Source of the DNA: a bacterium
GTDB lineage: Bacteria; Zhuqueibacterota; Zhuqueibacteria; Oceanimicrobiales; Oceanimicrobiaceae
Direction: 5' to 3'
Assembly: GCA_046757025.1 (NCBI GenBank)
Contig: JBHHXN010000025.1
Coordinates: 1-42,326, forward strand
DNA: 42,326 bases
The position numbers and the translations under genes were made by a program. The first letter of the stretch is position 1. Each line of letters opens with the position of its first letter. Under the pieces are notes generated by a model. It had not been told where the DNA came from. It made no database searches and saw only the letters and a program-made list of their open reading frames with translations. Positions 8,924 to 19,386 of this stretch are shown in pieces.

Positions 8924-11900
8924 CTATTTAATTAATACCACGGATTTCAATTTTTCTCGCTTGTCGCTGGGGTCTTGTAGAATAAATTGAATAATGTATC
9001 GGCCGTTTCGACCCATACTACCTTTGTCGGTTGTGCCATCCCAGTAAAGCACCGAATGCCCTCTCGGAAAGGGCGTTTGATCGTGCAGAACTCTGACTAA
9101 ATTCCCTTCCAGATTGTAAATTTTCACCGTCAACAGCGGATTCGGCGCGGCCATGGAAGAGATGTCAAATTCGATTTTCAACCCCTTTTGCCGATCGATT
9201 TCTTTTTCTGGTGAAAAAGGATTGGGCAGCAGAGTAAAATTTTCAATGTCCAACGGTTTGGACAAGGCCAGGGCGACATATTCACCCACATCGAAAATGT
9301 TGGCTTCAATCCGATTGTTGCCTTTTTCAGAAGAAGCCAGAAGATCCCACTTGCTTTTTTTGTCGTTCCACTTGGCGATGAACCGCCGTTGATTTTCCGT
9401 GTTGGGAGGTGCCGGCAGCGAAAGCTTCACCGTGGAATTGACCGTGATCAAATCCAGGCCCGGTTCAAAATTGCCCTGCTCATTTGTGGTGCCCACGAAG
9501 AAAGTGCCGGCCGGTTTAATGGTAAATGAAGAGTCTGCAGTAAAAATTTCAGCGCGACCTTTTTTCGCCGGCACCACAGGCAGTTTTGATACCAGCAATT
9601 CTTCGCTGGTAAGAATCGAACCTTTCTGCAAAATCAGCTGCAAGCCGCGGTCATCAAAAAGAATGGTTTCGGTGGTAGAGTCCACCGGCGCCTTTACTAT
9701 GACTTTCAAATTGCCGCTGATTTCCGTTCCCGGTTCCGTCGCGGTGACGATCAATTCACCAAAAAAGTTAGCGTTTACCTGCAAACAGCCATTGGAATCG
9801 ATGCGGGCAGCCTGATTTGAAACGTCCACACTCCATTTGAGTTTGCCAATATTTTCGATATCCAGGTTGTCCAAATCTTTCGGATTGGCCACAAAACAAA
9901 CGGTTTGATCGTCGTTGGAAATCTCCGTTTCTCCCAGGATATTTATGAACTGCAATTGTTGAGGCGTCAACATAAAATCCACGCCGGTTTGGGTGGAATC
10001 TTCTATGAGCGAGACCGGACTTGAAGGCGGGCTGTTGCGAAAGTTCAATTTCACCGGCCGGATTTCATAACTATCGGCGATGAGTCGGAGTTTATAATGG
10101 CCTGAAGCGTCCGTAAATGTCACTTTTTCGCGGCCTACTTCGCCGCCCGGAATAGCTTGAACTTCAACGTTTTCCATGGGCAAACTGTCGCCATCGGTGA
10201 CAGTGCCCATGACATAAGCGTATCGTCTTAAAAGTTCCACTACCACATTGGTATCACCCACGGAAATATTTTCCAGAGAACTGGGTTTAAAGCCGGTTTT
10301 GGAGGCGGTGATGGTATAAACTTCGGTGGGGTCCAGAGCGGTCAGTAAAAATTTTCCCTGATCGTCTGTGAAATGCTCTAAAGTGCTGCCGCTGCGCTCT
10401 ACTTTTGCGTTCGCAAGGGGCTCGCCGGTATCGACGTCCTGCACCACCCCGGCGATGACGCCATCCGGATTTATCAGGATAAAATCAACATGGGTAGAAT
10501 TGACCGCTATCCCGCTCTGTAGATCTTTCGAAATAAATCCTTTCTTGAAGGCGGAAAGAGTAAAAGTCGCGGCGGTCACAACGGGCAGGTTATTGAGCTC
10601 GTAATTTCCCGACGCGTCTGTGGTGTCTGTATAAAAGCGATCCGTGTCTTCGGAAAAGGTCGCGGTCACCGTGGCGCCATCGAGGCCCTGATTATCTTGA
10701 TAATTTCGCACGCTGCCGCTGATGAAACCGTTTTCAGGATACAACGTCAAATCCAGATCAAGCTGCTCCTGCCCGGCAATCGTTAAAATTTGATTTTTAC
10801 CGAAAAAGCCCGCTTTTTGAGCCCGGATGCGGGACAGGCCGGGGAAGATACTTTCGATGACATAAAGCCCGGCGGAATCGGAAACGTCGGTTAAAATCTG
10901 AAAATCATTTTCCAACTGTACATCCGCTTGCGGAATGGCTACACCTGACGTGTCCACGACCCTGCCCGAAACCATCGAAAAATTGTCGTCGAGGGTGAAA
11001 TCAACACCGGTCTTACGATCGCCATCGTTAATGGCGATCAAAACACTTTGCTGTTTGTAGCCCGGATGCGTCACGATCAGTCTGAACTGTCCGCCTTGCA
11101 AGCAGATTTCGTACACACCGTTAACGTCGGAGGAATCCGAAAAGGTCTCAGAGTTCACGGGCACCTCTGCCGCTTGCACAAAGGCGCCTGAAATGGCTGC
11201 ACCCTGCCGGTCGCGAATGTTACCCGCTACCACGCTGGTGAGCTCGTCGAGCACAAACGTTTCCTCTTTGATCTCGCCGGCCGCCAGCACCAGGCTCAAA
11301 AACCTGGGAATGTGGCATTCTTTAGAAATCTTGAGATTATAATTCCCCGGCGGCAATTCAATTTCAAAATCTCCGTTCAAATCCGTTTCGGCTTTGATGG
11401 TGCTGCTAATCACTTCCACAAGCGCCCCGGCTACCGGCGTAAAGCCGTTGGTAACTTTGCCTTTAAGAATGCCGGATGAAATGGGCTTCATGAGAATATT
11501 TAAAGTCGTGGTTGCGCCAGCGGACACCCGCACGGAAAAGGGTCCGGGATTGTCAAATCCGGCCAATTCGGCATCGATATTGAAAGAGGTTTCAGGCGGC
11601 AAACTGAGCAGGTATTGCCCGTTGGCGTCCGAGAGGGTGCGGCGGGTGGTGTCTTCTACTGCAAAAATTTTTACGCCTTGTAGGGGCAACTGCGTATCTG
11701 CATGCTTAACCGTGCCCGCCACAAACCCGGCTTCGGTCAAATCGAAATTTTCAATGAGGGTTTCACTGCCTGTCACCGTGATTTCTCTTTGCTGCTCCAA
11801 AAAATCAGGATGGGTGGCCGCGAGTAAATACGTGCCCGCATCGCGAACGCCCAAAGAATAGGCACCCTGGTTGTTGGTGGTCACCGATTGCAGCATTTCG

Positions 11901-13909
11901 CCGCTGTTTTTATCGAAGAGCAGCACGCGGGCTTCCACCACACCGCGCTCTTGAAAGCGCACACTCCCATAAATTAAACTGCCGGTGAAAAGTTGAAAGT
12001 TGGTGGTGACCGGGGCTTGATTTTCAACCAGATTCAAAGAATAAAGCGAGGGTGATTTATAAAAACCCTGCGAATTGAGTTTGATTTGCCAGTTTCCCGG
12101 CCCTAACATGAAAGTATATTTTCCCTGGTCATCGGTGGTGGTGGCGAAGAAGACATCCCCACTTTGTGCTTGCACCCGCACGCCGGGTAAAGAACGTCCA
12201 TCGGCAGCGAATTTCACCTGGCCGCTAACCTGAATCTGCGCGAGCTTCAACGTGATGGTTCCCAAATTACGGGCTTCATCCTGTACCAATGCGGGCAAGG
12301 GTTGGAATTCCTGAATTTCATAGCCCGGCTTGTAAACTCGAATGGACCAATTCCCTGGATTCAATGAAAATAAAAAATAACCGTCGGCGTCACTCTTGGT
12401 GGATTCCAATTGGCCGCCGGACTTGAGCTGCACCCTGGCGTTGAAAACTTTCGTGCCGGTAGCATCTACAATCTGACCAGAGAGCGTGGTGGTTCCGCGT
12501 TTTAATTCTACTTTTGAAGTTACGGTATCGTTCAACGCCACAGTAAAGGATTTTTTCGAAGAGGTTAAAAAGCCCGGTCTGGATGCCGTGAAGCTGTAGT
12601 TGCCTGTCGGTAAGGCGATTTTGCTTATGCCAAAAGTGTCCGTTAACGCCGGCAACAATGTTGAAGCATTGGCATCGTTTCTGATGTCAAATGATACTCG
12701 CGAAAGCGGGCCTTCCTTAGAAGAGACCTCGAATTTTGCCCAACCGGCAGAGCCGTCAAACTGAAATGGCTGGCGCTCACTGGAGGAAATTCCATTAGAA
12801 TTTTCTGCGATCACTCGCCAGAAATATTGTGACTTTACTAACAAATTTTTAGCTGCAAGGCGTACTCGATTTTCACCGGTAACCTGACTCCACATGGTAT
12901 ATTTAATAGTATTGCCGGCAAATTCAGCTTGCTCATATAAAAAAACGCGGTAGCGGTCAGCGTCCGCAACCGGCTGCCATTGGAAAATGATTTCATCGGA
13001 TGTAACAATACCCTCGTTTTCAGGGAAAACGAGAGTCGGTGTCGCTGAAAGGACCGGGCGCGTCACCTCAAATTCAGTGGGAATCAAGGGCGCCACTTCT
13101 CCCGAAACCAGGTCGGTACTAGGACCGTAGCTGTTGAGAACAATCCAGTTGTATTTCACACCCGGCAGCAGAGGCGGGATGTGTGCGTTGTCAAAATTTT
13201 CCGAAGGGTCGGGCTTACCGAATTGAATGGAGGACTCCGAAGTGAGCACCTGCCAGGTCAGGTTTAAACCCCCTAAGCCGGTGATTTCATCCTCCTCATT
13301 TCGTTCGATGGAGATTTTACCTTCGGAAAGAAACAAAAAGTAATAAGGTACACCTCGCACCACATCCCATCGAAATTCCGGCGTTTTCTGTAGATTGATG
13401 ACGCCTTTGGGCTGATTCGGGATGGGCGCTTTCTCGGCCTGCACGATGACTTTGAATTCCACAGAAGTCAACGTGGGATCATCCACGCCGGTTAAAATGC
13501 AATAATATATTCCCGTGCCCATACCGTGGGCATGAGGATTTAAAACCAGTTTACCCTTTCCTTTAATATTTACTGTAACCGGATAATTTTCCAGATTTCG
13601 ATTTCCGGGCTTACGCCCGTAGCGAATTGTGCATTCTAAGTCCGGCTCCCAGGCGATGTCCTTTTCATCCGTTGCGTCGCCGTTCATAAATAGTCCGCCT
13701 GGCACATCGGTGAGTGTGATGGATGCATCTAAATTCAAACGGCTATTTAACAGCTCCGCGTTTATTTGAGGTTTTGTTAAATCAAAGCGTTTTATTTTGC
13801 CTTCTTGTGGTAGGGCGATGCCGGCCAGCAACCATAACAGAAAGCAAGAAAAAGCCAGGAATGCCTTGCAAATTAATCCTATCCTGTTATTTGAATTCAC
13901 CACGGCCAT
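8924..13909 (-). CDS. Large secreted protein with tandem carboxypeptidase-regulatory-like beta-sandwich repeats and a FlgD/T9SS-like C-terminal domain
   Basis: About ten repeats of G.V.D..G..L.GA.V....TD..G.Y...L..G.Y...A...GF; C-terminal PNPFSP...KIYNLEG...WDG...GRYII...VVLIK. Confidence 0.85.
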   Translation of the reverse strand: MAVVNSNNRIGLICKAFLAFSCFLLWLLAGIALPQEGKIKRFDLTKPQINAELLNSRLNLDASITLTDVPGGLFMNGDATDEKDIAWEPDLECTIRYGRKPGNRNLENYPVTVNIKGKGKLVLNPHAHGMGTGIYYCILTGVDDPTLTSVEFKVIVQAEKAPIPNQPKGVINLQKTPEFRWDVVRGVPYYFLFLSEGKISIERNEEDEITGLGGLNLTWQVLTSESSIQFGKPDPSENFDNAHIPPLLPGVKYNWIVLNSYGPSTDLVSGEVAPLIPTEFEVTRPVLSATPTLVFPENEGIVTSDEIIFQWQPVADADRYRVFLYEQAEFAGNTIKYTMWSQVTGENRVRLAAKNLLVKSQYFWRVIAENSNGISSSERQPFQFDGSAGWAKFEVSSKEGPLSRVSFDIRNDANASTLLPALTDTFGISKIALPTGNYSFTASRPGFLTSSKKSFTVALNDTVTSKVELKRGTTTLSGQIVDATGTKVFNARVQLKSGGQLESTKSDADGYFLFSLNPGNWSIRVYKPGYEIQEFQPLPALVQDEARNLGTITLKLAQIQVSGQVKFAADGRSLPGVRVQAQSGDVFFATTTDDQGKYTFMLGPGNWQIKLNSQGFYKSPSLYSLNLVENQAPVTTNFQLFTGSLIYGSVRFQERGVVEARVLLFDKNSGEMLQSVTTNNQGAYSLGVRDAGTYLLAATHPDFLEQQREITVTGSETLIENFDLTEAGFVAGTVKHADTQLPLQGVKIFAVEDTTRRTLSDANGQYLLSLPPETSFNIDAELAGFDNPGPFSVRVSAGATTTLNILMKPISSGILKGKVTNGFTPVAGALVEVISSTIKAETDLNGDFEIELPPGNYNLKISKECHIPRFLSLVLAAGEIKEETFVLDELTSVVAGNIRDRQGAAISGAFVQAAEVPVNSETFSDSSDVNGVYEICLQGGQFRLIVTHPGYKQQSVLIAINDGDRKTGVDFTLDDNFSMVSGRVVDTSGVAIPQADVQLENDFQILTDVSDSAGLYVIESIFPGLSRIRAQKAGFFGKNQILTIAGQEQLDLDLTLYPENGFISGSVRNYQDNQGLDGATVTATFSEDTDRFYTDTTDASGNYELNNLPVVTAATFTLSAFKKGFISKDLQSGIAVNSTHVDFILINPDGVIAGVVQDVDTGEPLANAKVERSGSTLEHFTDDQGKFLLTALDPTEVYTITASKTGFKPSSLENISVGDTNVVVELLRRYAYVMGTVTDGDSLPMENVEVQAIPGGEVGREKVTFTDASGHYKLRLIADSYEIRPVKLNFRNSPPSSPVSLIEDSTQTGVDFMLTPQQLQFINILGETEISNDDQTVCFVANPKDLDNLDIENIGKLKWSVDVSNQAARIDSNGCLQVNANFFGELIVTATEPGTEISGNLKVIVKAPVDSTTETILFDDRGLQLILQKGSILTSEELLVSKLPVVPAKKGRAEIFTADSSFTIKPAGTFFVGTTNEQGNFEPGLDLITVNSTVKLSLPAPPNTENQRRFIAKWNDKKSKWDLLASSEKGNNRIEANIFDVGEYVALALSKPLDIENFTLLPNPFSPEKEIDRQKGLKIEFDISSMAAPNPLLTVKIYNLEGNLVRVLHDQTPFPRGHSVLYWDGTTDKGSMGRNGRYIIQFILQDPSDKREKLKSVVLIK

Positions 13910-13947
13910 GTAGTTTCGTAAATTGAAATCGCAATTTTTAATTAAAA

Positions 13948-15528
13948 TTACAAACGATATGAAGTTGAAAATCTTAGAAATGAGGAATTGTAGAAGTTGA
14001 GGATATAATCAAAGTTGAATCGCGGCCCGATTTTAATGCCACCACCGAGTGAGAAAAATGGGATAAAAATGTTTTTCTTGTCGGCAATGGTGGGATTGGC
14101 ACCGATTTCGATGTTCTCTTCACGAAACGATTTCGCAAAAAGCACGCCAAGCCCTAAAATCAACGGTTTCACGCCAATGCCCAATCGGACAGCACTGCCC
14201 AAATCAATTCCTTGATGGATATCGCCTTCTTTGAATTTGACATTTAAACTATCGAACTGCTGATAAGAAAATTTGTAACCTAATTGGCTAAAATAACTTG
14301 TATAAACGATGGAAGCCACATAATTGTCCCATTTAGCGGAAAAGCCGAAAGTGGCCGAGCCCGGTATTTCGATATCTATGCCGTTGATTTTCGTGATTCG
14401 CTTCTGAGTCTTGGTGAGGTTGTCTTCCAGAAATATGTCGGCATCGATTACGTCTTCGTCTTCGCCCGCTCCCAAATTTAGCGCACGAATGTCGTTGTGC
14501 ACCATGGAAAAAGGCCCGTGCAGATCCAGCGTGACCGGTAAAGTCACCGTGGCATCCAAACTGATGTTTTTCATCGGGTGGTAGCCCACCCCCCAGCGCA
14601 TCCGAAATCCGTTGCCCTCCCAGTCCCCTTTGATCACCGCGAACAAGCTGTCGTATTCGATACTCGCCGGCGAATTAAACGACTTGGTTTCACCGCCGGC
14701 GCTTGAAATGATGCCCTCCGGCAAAAACGTGCCCTCGAAATTCAAGTCGCCATTGAAATTATCATACACCATGCCGATGGAGAGATTTGGCAGCACACGT
14801 GTGCCAAAACCAATGCTGGACGTTGCGATATTGAAATTTAAATTTAAATTACCGTTGATAGTGCCAAACATACGAATGCTGTCTTTGCCCTGATCATCCA
14901 GAGAGGAAGCCAAAAATTCGATGCCAGAAACGTTCATCTCGGTGGCAAATCGAAAGGGTTGATGAAAGGAGGCGGCAATGGTGAAGTAAGGAACGCCGTA
15001 CATCAGGGCTCCGCCTTTAAGACCGCCGCGCATGGACAGGTCGGCGTTCACCCTGGCTTTATCGACCACGCTTTCCGGATCCGTCTTGCCGGTGATGGGG
15101 TCGATGGGCGGATTATTGTTGGCCGCCGATTCCACGAGCTGGTCGTTGATGCGATTTTCAATACCGAAAATTCCAGCGGGATTGATGGTCAACGGCGGCG
15201 CCCAATCCAGTGTAATATGAAATCCGTGGGCAAAACCCAAGCCGGCGGGGTTGGAGGAAATGACATCGGCAGCCGGATAGAGCGTGCTGATGCTTCCCCC
15301 CATAGCATCAGCACGTGAACCCAATCCAGAAAAAGAAGTCCCGGACCATTTCAACTTGAATCCAAGAACTCCACCCCGTAAACGGTCGATACGACTATTG
15401 CTATCCTCACTATTTTGAGCAATTAAAATGGAGGGCAGAAAACCAAAAATACAAATACAAAACGCTAATAAATTATTATATTTAAAACATACATCACATG
15501 ACAACAATGTGGTTTTTTTTAACGACAT
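13948..15528 (-). CDS. Outer-membrane protein, FadL/PorV-like barrel with large insertions
   Basis: Signal peptide; GSRADAMGG...SSNPAGLG motif; C-terminal amphipathic strand FLRFSTSYRL. Confidence 0.6.
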   Translation of the reverse strand: MSLKKTTLLSCDVCFKYNNLLAFCICIFGFLPSILIAQNSEDSNSRIDRLRGGVLGFKLKWSGTSFSGLGSRADAMGGSISTLYPAADVISSNPAGLGFAHGFHITLDWAPPLTINPAGIFGIENRINDQLVESAANNNPPIDPITGKTDPESVVDKARVNADLSMRGGLKGGALMYGVPYFTIAASFHQPFRFATEMNVSGIEFLASSLDDQGKDSIRMFGTINGNLNLNFNIATSSIGFGTRVLPNLSIGMVYDNFNGDLNFEGTFLPEGIISSAGGETKSFNSPASIEYDSLFAVIKGDWEGNGFRMRWGVGYHPMKNISLDATVTLPVTLDLHGPFSMVHNDIRALNLGAGEDEDVIDADIFLEDNLTKTQKRITKINGIDIEIPGSATFGFSAKWDNYVASIVYTSYFSQLGYKFSYQQFDSLNVKFKEGDIHQGIDLGSAVRLGIGVKPLILGLGVLFAKSFREENIEIGANPTIADKKNIFIPFFSLGGGIKIGPRFNFDYILNFYNSSFLRFSTSYRL

Positions 15529-15713
15529 GAATCCAGAATATTGAATTTAGAAATGCGTAATTTGTATTCGATTCGGAACGAAAATGAGACGATTGATGAA
15601 CAGCGTTTTTTATAATTCAGTACTCGTAATTTTTACTGCTTTTTCGGAATTTATTCTGGTAAGAAATTACAATCTGAACGGTCTAAATACTCATCATTTA
15701 AAAAATTACAGAA

Positions 15714-15742
15714 AATATAATCAAATGTACCGAGATTGTCAA
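15714..15742 (-). promoter_or_regulatory. Sigma70 promoter for the barrel-repeat-PorV operon
   Basis: Minus strand TTGACA (15742-15737), 17 bp, TATATT (15719-15714). Confidence 0.65.
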
Positions 15743-15957
15743 GAAAAAATTAAAATAATGACATCTTGCGAGCATTCGTGAAATATTAATATTTTAAACG
15801 CATTTTGTTCCGTGCTAACCATCTCCGTCGGAGTAAAAAATTCTTGAGCCTGCCGTAACTCAACACGCGTATGGATGGAGAAAGTGTTTCTTAGATTTTC
15901 AGTATTTTAGCGCTTCGATTTAGCGATATTACTTTTGGACGATTCGCAATCATAATT

Positions 15958-18900
15958 TCACGTTGTTTTTTGCACAGGGAATTGCCGCGCAAACATATCT
16001 CTCTGCCGGCCTCGCAATCGGTTGTGCATCACTTCTTTTGGGCCTGGCCAGCGGACGGCTTTTTCAGCGATGAGATTGGCTTCCCCTTTTAAACGGGACT
16101 GGACTTTGCCCGTTACCGTAAACGGGCCCTGGCCGTGTAAAATTTCGGCATATCGTTCATAGACCTCCGGAAAAAAAATGATTTCGCAAATGCCGTGTTT
16201 GTCTTCCAACGAAAGGAATTTCATGTATTTGCCGGTGACGGTTTCCTGCAACCGTGAAGTCACTTTCCAGCCCGTAAACTGCACCCGGCGATTTTTGTGC
16301 GTCTCCAGCTCCAGCGAGGACACCATGCTCTCCCAGGGGATGAGGTCGTCGTACAAGGTAAGGGGGTGAGCGGTCACGGCAAAACTCAGCAGCTCCAGCT
16401 CCGCTAAAATGCGCTGCTCTCTGGAGTAGGGCGGTGGGTTGAGCCCGTGCGTCAAATACTCCGCCCGGGCTTTGCTGCAACCGTTTTTAAAATAGCTTTG
16501 CGTTTTGAGCAGCAGCAGTGGCTCGCTGGGGTGCAGCGAGCGCATGGCGCCGCAACGGATGAGATGTTCGGTTTCTTTTTGTCCGGCGCGCGTCCGCCGC
16601 AGAAAATCATACAAATCTCGAAACGGGCGCTTTTTGCGTTCGTCCACGATTTTTTGCCTGGTGCGGTCGGAAAGCTCAAAAACCGGGTACAACCCCACCC
16701 GGATGGCTTCGCCCTGATTGGTGAATTCGATCTCAGAGCTGTTGACGTCCGGCGCCAGCAGCTCGATGGCGTAAGCCGTCTCTGCCCCATCTCGTTGGCG
16801 GCCCTGATTTAGCTGCATCCGCCGGCACTCTTCGATGTAAACCGCTTTGGTGTAAAACCCGCCGTGATTGTTGAGCACCGCGGTCATATATTCCACCGGG
16901 AAATAACATTTTAAAAACGCCGACTGGTAAGCCAGGATGCCGTAAGTGGCGGCATGGGCTTTGTTGAAGCCGAATCCGATAAAATGCACCAGGAACTGCC
17001 AGACCTCCTCTGCTTTTTCCGGCGCAAAACCCTTGTTGCGGGCTCCGGCAAGGAACTGTTCTTTCAAGGAGTGCATGAGCTGCTTGTCGTGGCGAACTTT
17101 TGTCATGGCTCGGCGCAGGGTGTCGGCCTGGGCCAGGCTGAAGCCCGCCACGGCCTGCGCGATCAGCAGCACCTGCTCCTGGTAAATGGTCAAGCCGTAG
17201 GTTTCTTTCAAAACCGGCTCCAGAATCGGGTGGGCGTACCGCGGTGGCCGCAAGCCGCCGCGCCGCAAAATGTACTCGTCCTTCATGCCGCTGTCTCCCA
17301 CGCCGGGACGAATGACCGCCACCGCCACCACCGTGTCTTCGATGTTGTCGGTCTGCATTTTGCGCAAAATGCCGCGCACCAGGGGGCTCTCCAACTGGAA
17401 ACAGCCCAACGTCTGACCGGATTTGATCATTTCGATGGTTCGGGAATCGTCTTCCGGGATGGCCCGCATATCCAGCGGCGACAGCTTTTCGACTTTGTTG
17501 AGAAAATCAAATTTCATCTCGAATTTAGGATGGTGCGATCCGGGTTTCTGGACGCTCTTTGCCGGTTTGTCATTTTCTCCGCAACGCAGCAACAAACTGG
17601 CATTTCGATTTGGCGTTTTTGAATTCAGAGCTTCGACATTCGATCCTCTATCCTCAATCTTCATGCCGGTGGTTTCGATCTTCTTAATCAGTTCGGTTTG
17701 CCACGCTTTGTCATCCGGCGCCCGGGTGCTTTTCCGCGCCCGCTCCATACACTCCGTGATGATGCTGAGAGAACGCACGCCTAGCAAGTCCATTTTAACC
17801 AGCCCCAGGCGCTCGATGCTGTGCATGTCAAACTGAGAAATGATCAGCCCCTTGCCAGCGACTTCCAGCGGCGAGTAATTCGTGATCCGGTCCGGTGCAA
17901 TGATAACCCCGCCAGCGTGAATGGAAAGATGGCGCGGAAAACCCGCCAGGCGTTTGCAAATGGCTATGATCTCTTTGTAGGTGTTATCCAGTCGATTTTG
18001 ACGCTTCAATTCCGGCAATTTTTCCAGGGTCTCTTCCAATTTCGTCATTTTGGACATATAGGGAAAATAGCGTGTGAGCTGGCCGATCTCTTCTTCCGGC
18101 AGGCCAAACGTTTTGGCCACATCGCGGATGGCGGCCCGGCTCTGAAAAGTGTTGTAAGTGCAAATCATGGCGGTCTTTTCAGAACCGTATTTTTGATACA
18201 CATAGTTCAGCACGCGGTCGCGGTTTCGCCAGCAGATGTCCAAATCGATATCCGGGGCGTCAGTACGTTCCGGATTGAGAAAGCGCTCAAAATAGAGGTT
18301 AAATCGAATGGGGTCGGCGAAGGTGATGCCGAGAACGTACGACACAATGCTGTCGGCAGCCGAACCGCGCCCCACGCAGGGGATGGCTTCCCGACGGCAA
18401 AACTCCACGATGTCTTTGACGATGAGAAAATAGTCGCTGAATCCCAGATCGTCGATGACCTTCAGCTCATACTCGATACGCTGAATGATCTTGTCAGTCA
18501 ACGGCTGGTAGCGCTCGCGCGCGCCCTCAAAACAGAGTTTGCGCAAATAGGACTGGCTGCTTTCTCCCGCCGGCGCTTCGATGACAGGAAAAACCGGCTT
18601 GCCGAGTGAGAAGCTCAAATCGCAGGCGTCAGCAATTTTTTGGGTATTTTCAATTGCCTGCGGATAGCGGGCAAAAAGCCGCTGCATCTGGTGGGGCGAT
18701 TTCAAGTACTGCTCTTTGTTGCCGGCGGTGCGCACGCGCTCCCGCAGCGTGTTTTGATCGATGGCGTGCAAAACCCGGCGCAGCTCCAGATCCGCCGAAG
18801 ACAGCAAGTGCACGTCGTTGGTTGCTGCCAGCTCGAGCCCGCAGCACCGGGCGATTCCGTAAAGCTGTTCGTTGAGGAAATCATCCCAGGGCTGAAATCG

Positions 18901-19386
18901 TTGCATTTCAAGATAAAAATTCTCACCAAATTGCTCCTGCATCCAACGGCAGTGAGCTTCTCCATCTTCAAAATTTCGGCTCAACAGGAGTTGTGAAATG
19001 AGCCCCTTTTTACCGCCCGACAGCACGAAGAGCCCCTGCTTGTGCGCGACGATGTCCTTCATTTCGCAGCGAAAATTCAAATGGCCGCCGCGAAGGTGAG
19101 CCAGACTGATGATCTGACAAAGATTCTGGTAGCCTGTGGGGTTTTTCGCCAGCAGCACCAGCGAAGAGCCATCTACCAGAGACACTTGTGCGCCAATGAT
19201 CGGCTTGATTCCCACCTCCCGGCACATCTGATAAAACGCCACCGCGCCGTAAAGCCCGTTGTGATCGGTCAAAGCCAAAGCAGACATGCCCAATTGCCGG
19301 GCATACTCAACCAGCGTTCTGAGAGGGATGGCGCCATCCAAAAAACTGTATTCGCTGTGAGTATGAAGATGAGTAAAGGATTCCAT
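15958..19386 (-). CDS. dnaE: DNA polymerase III alpha subunit, DnaE2-like
   Basis: PHP motifs HLHTHSEYSFLDG, LTDHN, ATNDVH; GRGSAA; catalytic PDIDLD and KMDLLG; PRHLSIHAGG; GFNKAHA; C-terminal OB fold; lacks the long tau-binding tail. Confidence 0.93.
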   Translation of the reverse strand: MESFTHLHTHSEYSFLDGAIPLRTLVEYARQLGMSALALTDHNGLYGAVAFYQMCREVGIKPIIGAQVSLVDGSSLVLLAKNPTGYQNLCQIISLAHLRGGHLNFRCEMKDIVAHKQGLFVLSGGKKGLISQLLLSRNFEDGEAHCRWMQEQFGENFYLEMQRFQPWDDFLNEQLYGIARCCGLELAATNDVHLLSSADLELRRVLHAIDQNTLRERVRTAGNKEQYLKSPHQMQRLFARYPQAIENTQKIADACDLSFSLGKPVFPVIEAPAGESSQSYLRKLCFEGARERYQPLTDKIIQRIEYELKVIDDLGFSDYFLIVKDIVEFCRREAIPCVGRGSAADSIVSYVLGITFADPIRFNLYFERFLNPERTDAPDIDLDICWRNRDRVLNYVYQKYGSEKTAMICTYNTFQSRAAIRDVAKTFGLPEEEIGQLTRYFPYMSKMTKLEETLEKLPELKRQNRLDNTYKEIIAICKRLAGFPRHLSIHAGGVIIAPDRITNYSPLEVAGKGLIISQFDMHSIERLGLVKMDLLGVRSLSIITECMERARKSTRAPDDKAWQTELIKKIETTGMKIEDRGSNVEALNSKTPNRNASLLLRCGENDKPAKSVQKPGSHHPKFEMKFDFLNKVEKLSPLDMRAIPEDDSRTIEMIKSGQTLGCFQLESPLVRGILRKMQTDNIEDTVVAVAVIRPGVGDSGMKDEYILRRGGLRPPRYAHPILEPVLKETYGLTIYQEQVLLIAQAVAGFSLAQADTLRRAMTKVRHDKQLMHSLKEQFLAGARNKGFAPEKAEEVWQFLVHFIGFGFNKAHAATYGILAYQSAFLKCYFPVEYMTAVLNNHGGFYTKAVYIEECRRMQLNQGRQRDGAETAYAIELLAPDVNSSEIEFTNQGEAIRVGLYPVFELSDRTRQKIVDERKKRPFRDLYDFLRRTRAGQKETEHLIRCGAMRSLHPSEPLLLLKTQSYFKNGCSKARAEYLTHGLNPPPYSREQRILAELELLSFAVTAHPLTLYDDLIPWESMVSSLELETHKNRRVQFTGWKVTSRLQETVTGKYMKFLSLEDKHGICEIIFFPEVYERYAEILHGQGPFTVTGKVQSRLKGEANLIAEKAVRWPGPKEVMHNRLRGRQRDMFARQFPVQKTT
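17633..17660. repeat. Degenerate heptamer tandem repeat inside the dnaE insertion
   Basis: TCGACAT TCGATCC TCTATCC TCAATCT, encoding part of KIEDRGSNVE. Confidence 0.5.

Noticed and set aside
17490..17755. Intein in DnaE
   Set aside because: A Cys precedes the insert, but it is too short and lacks the terminal His-Asn followed by Cys/Ser/Thr.
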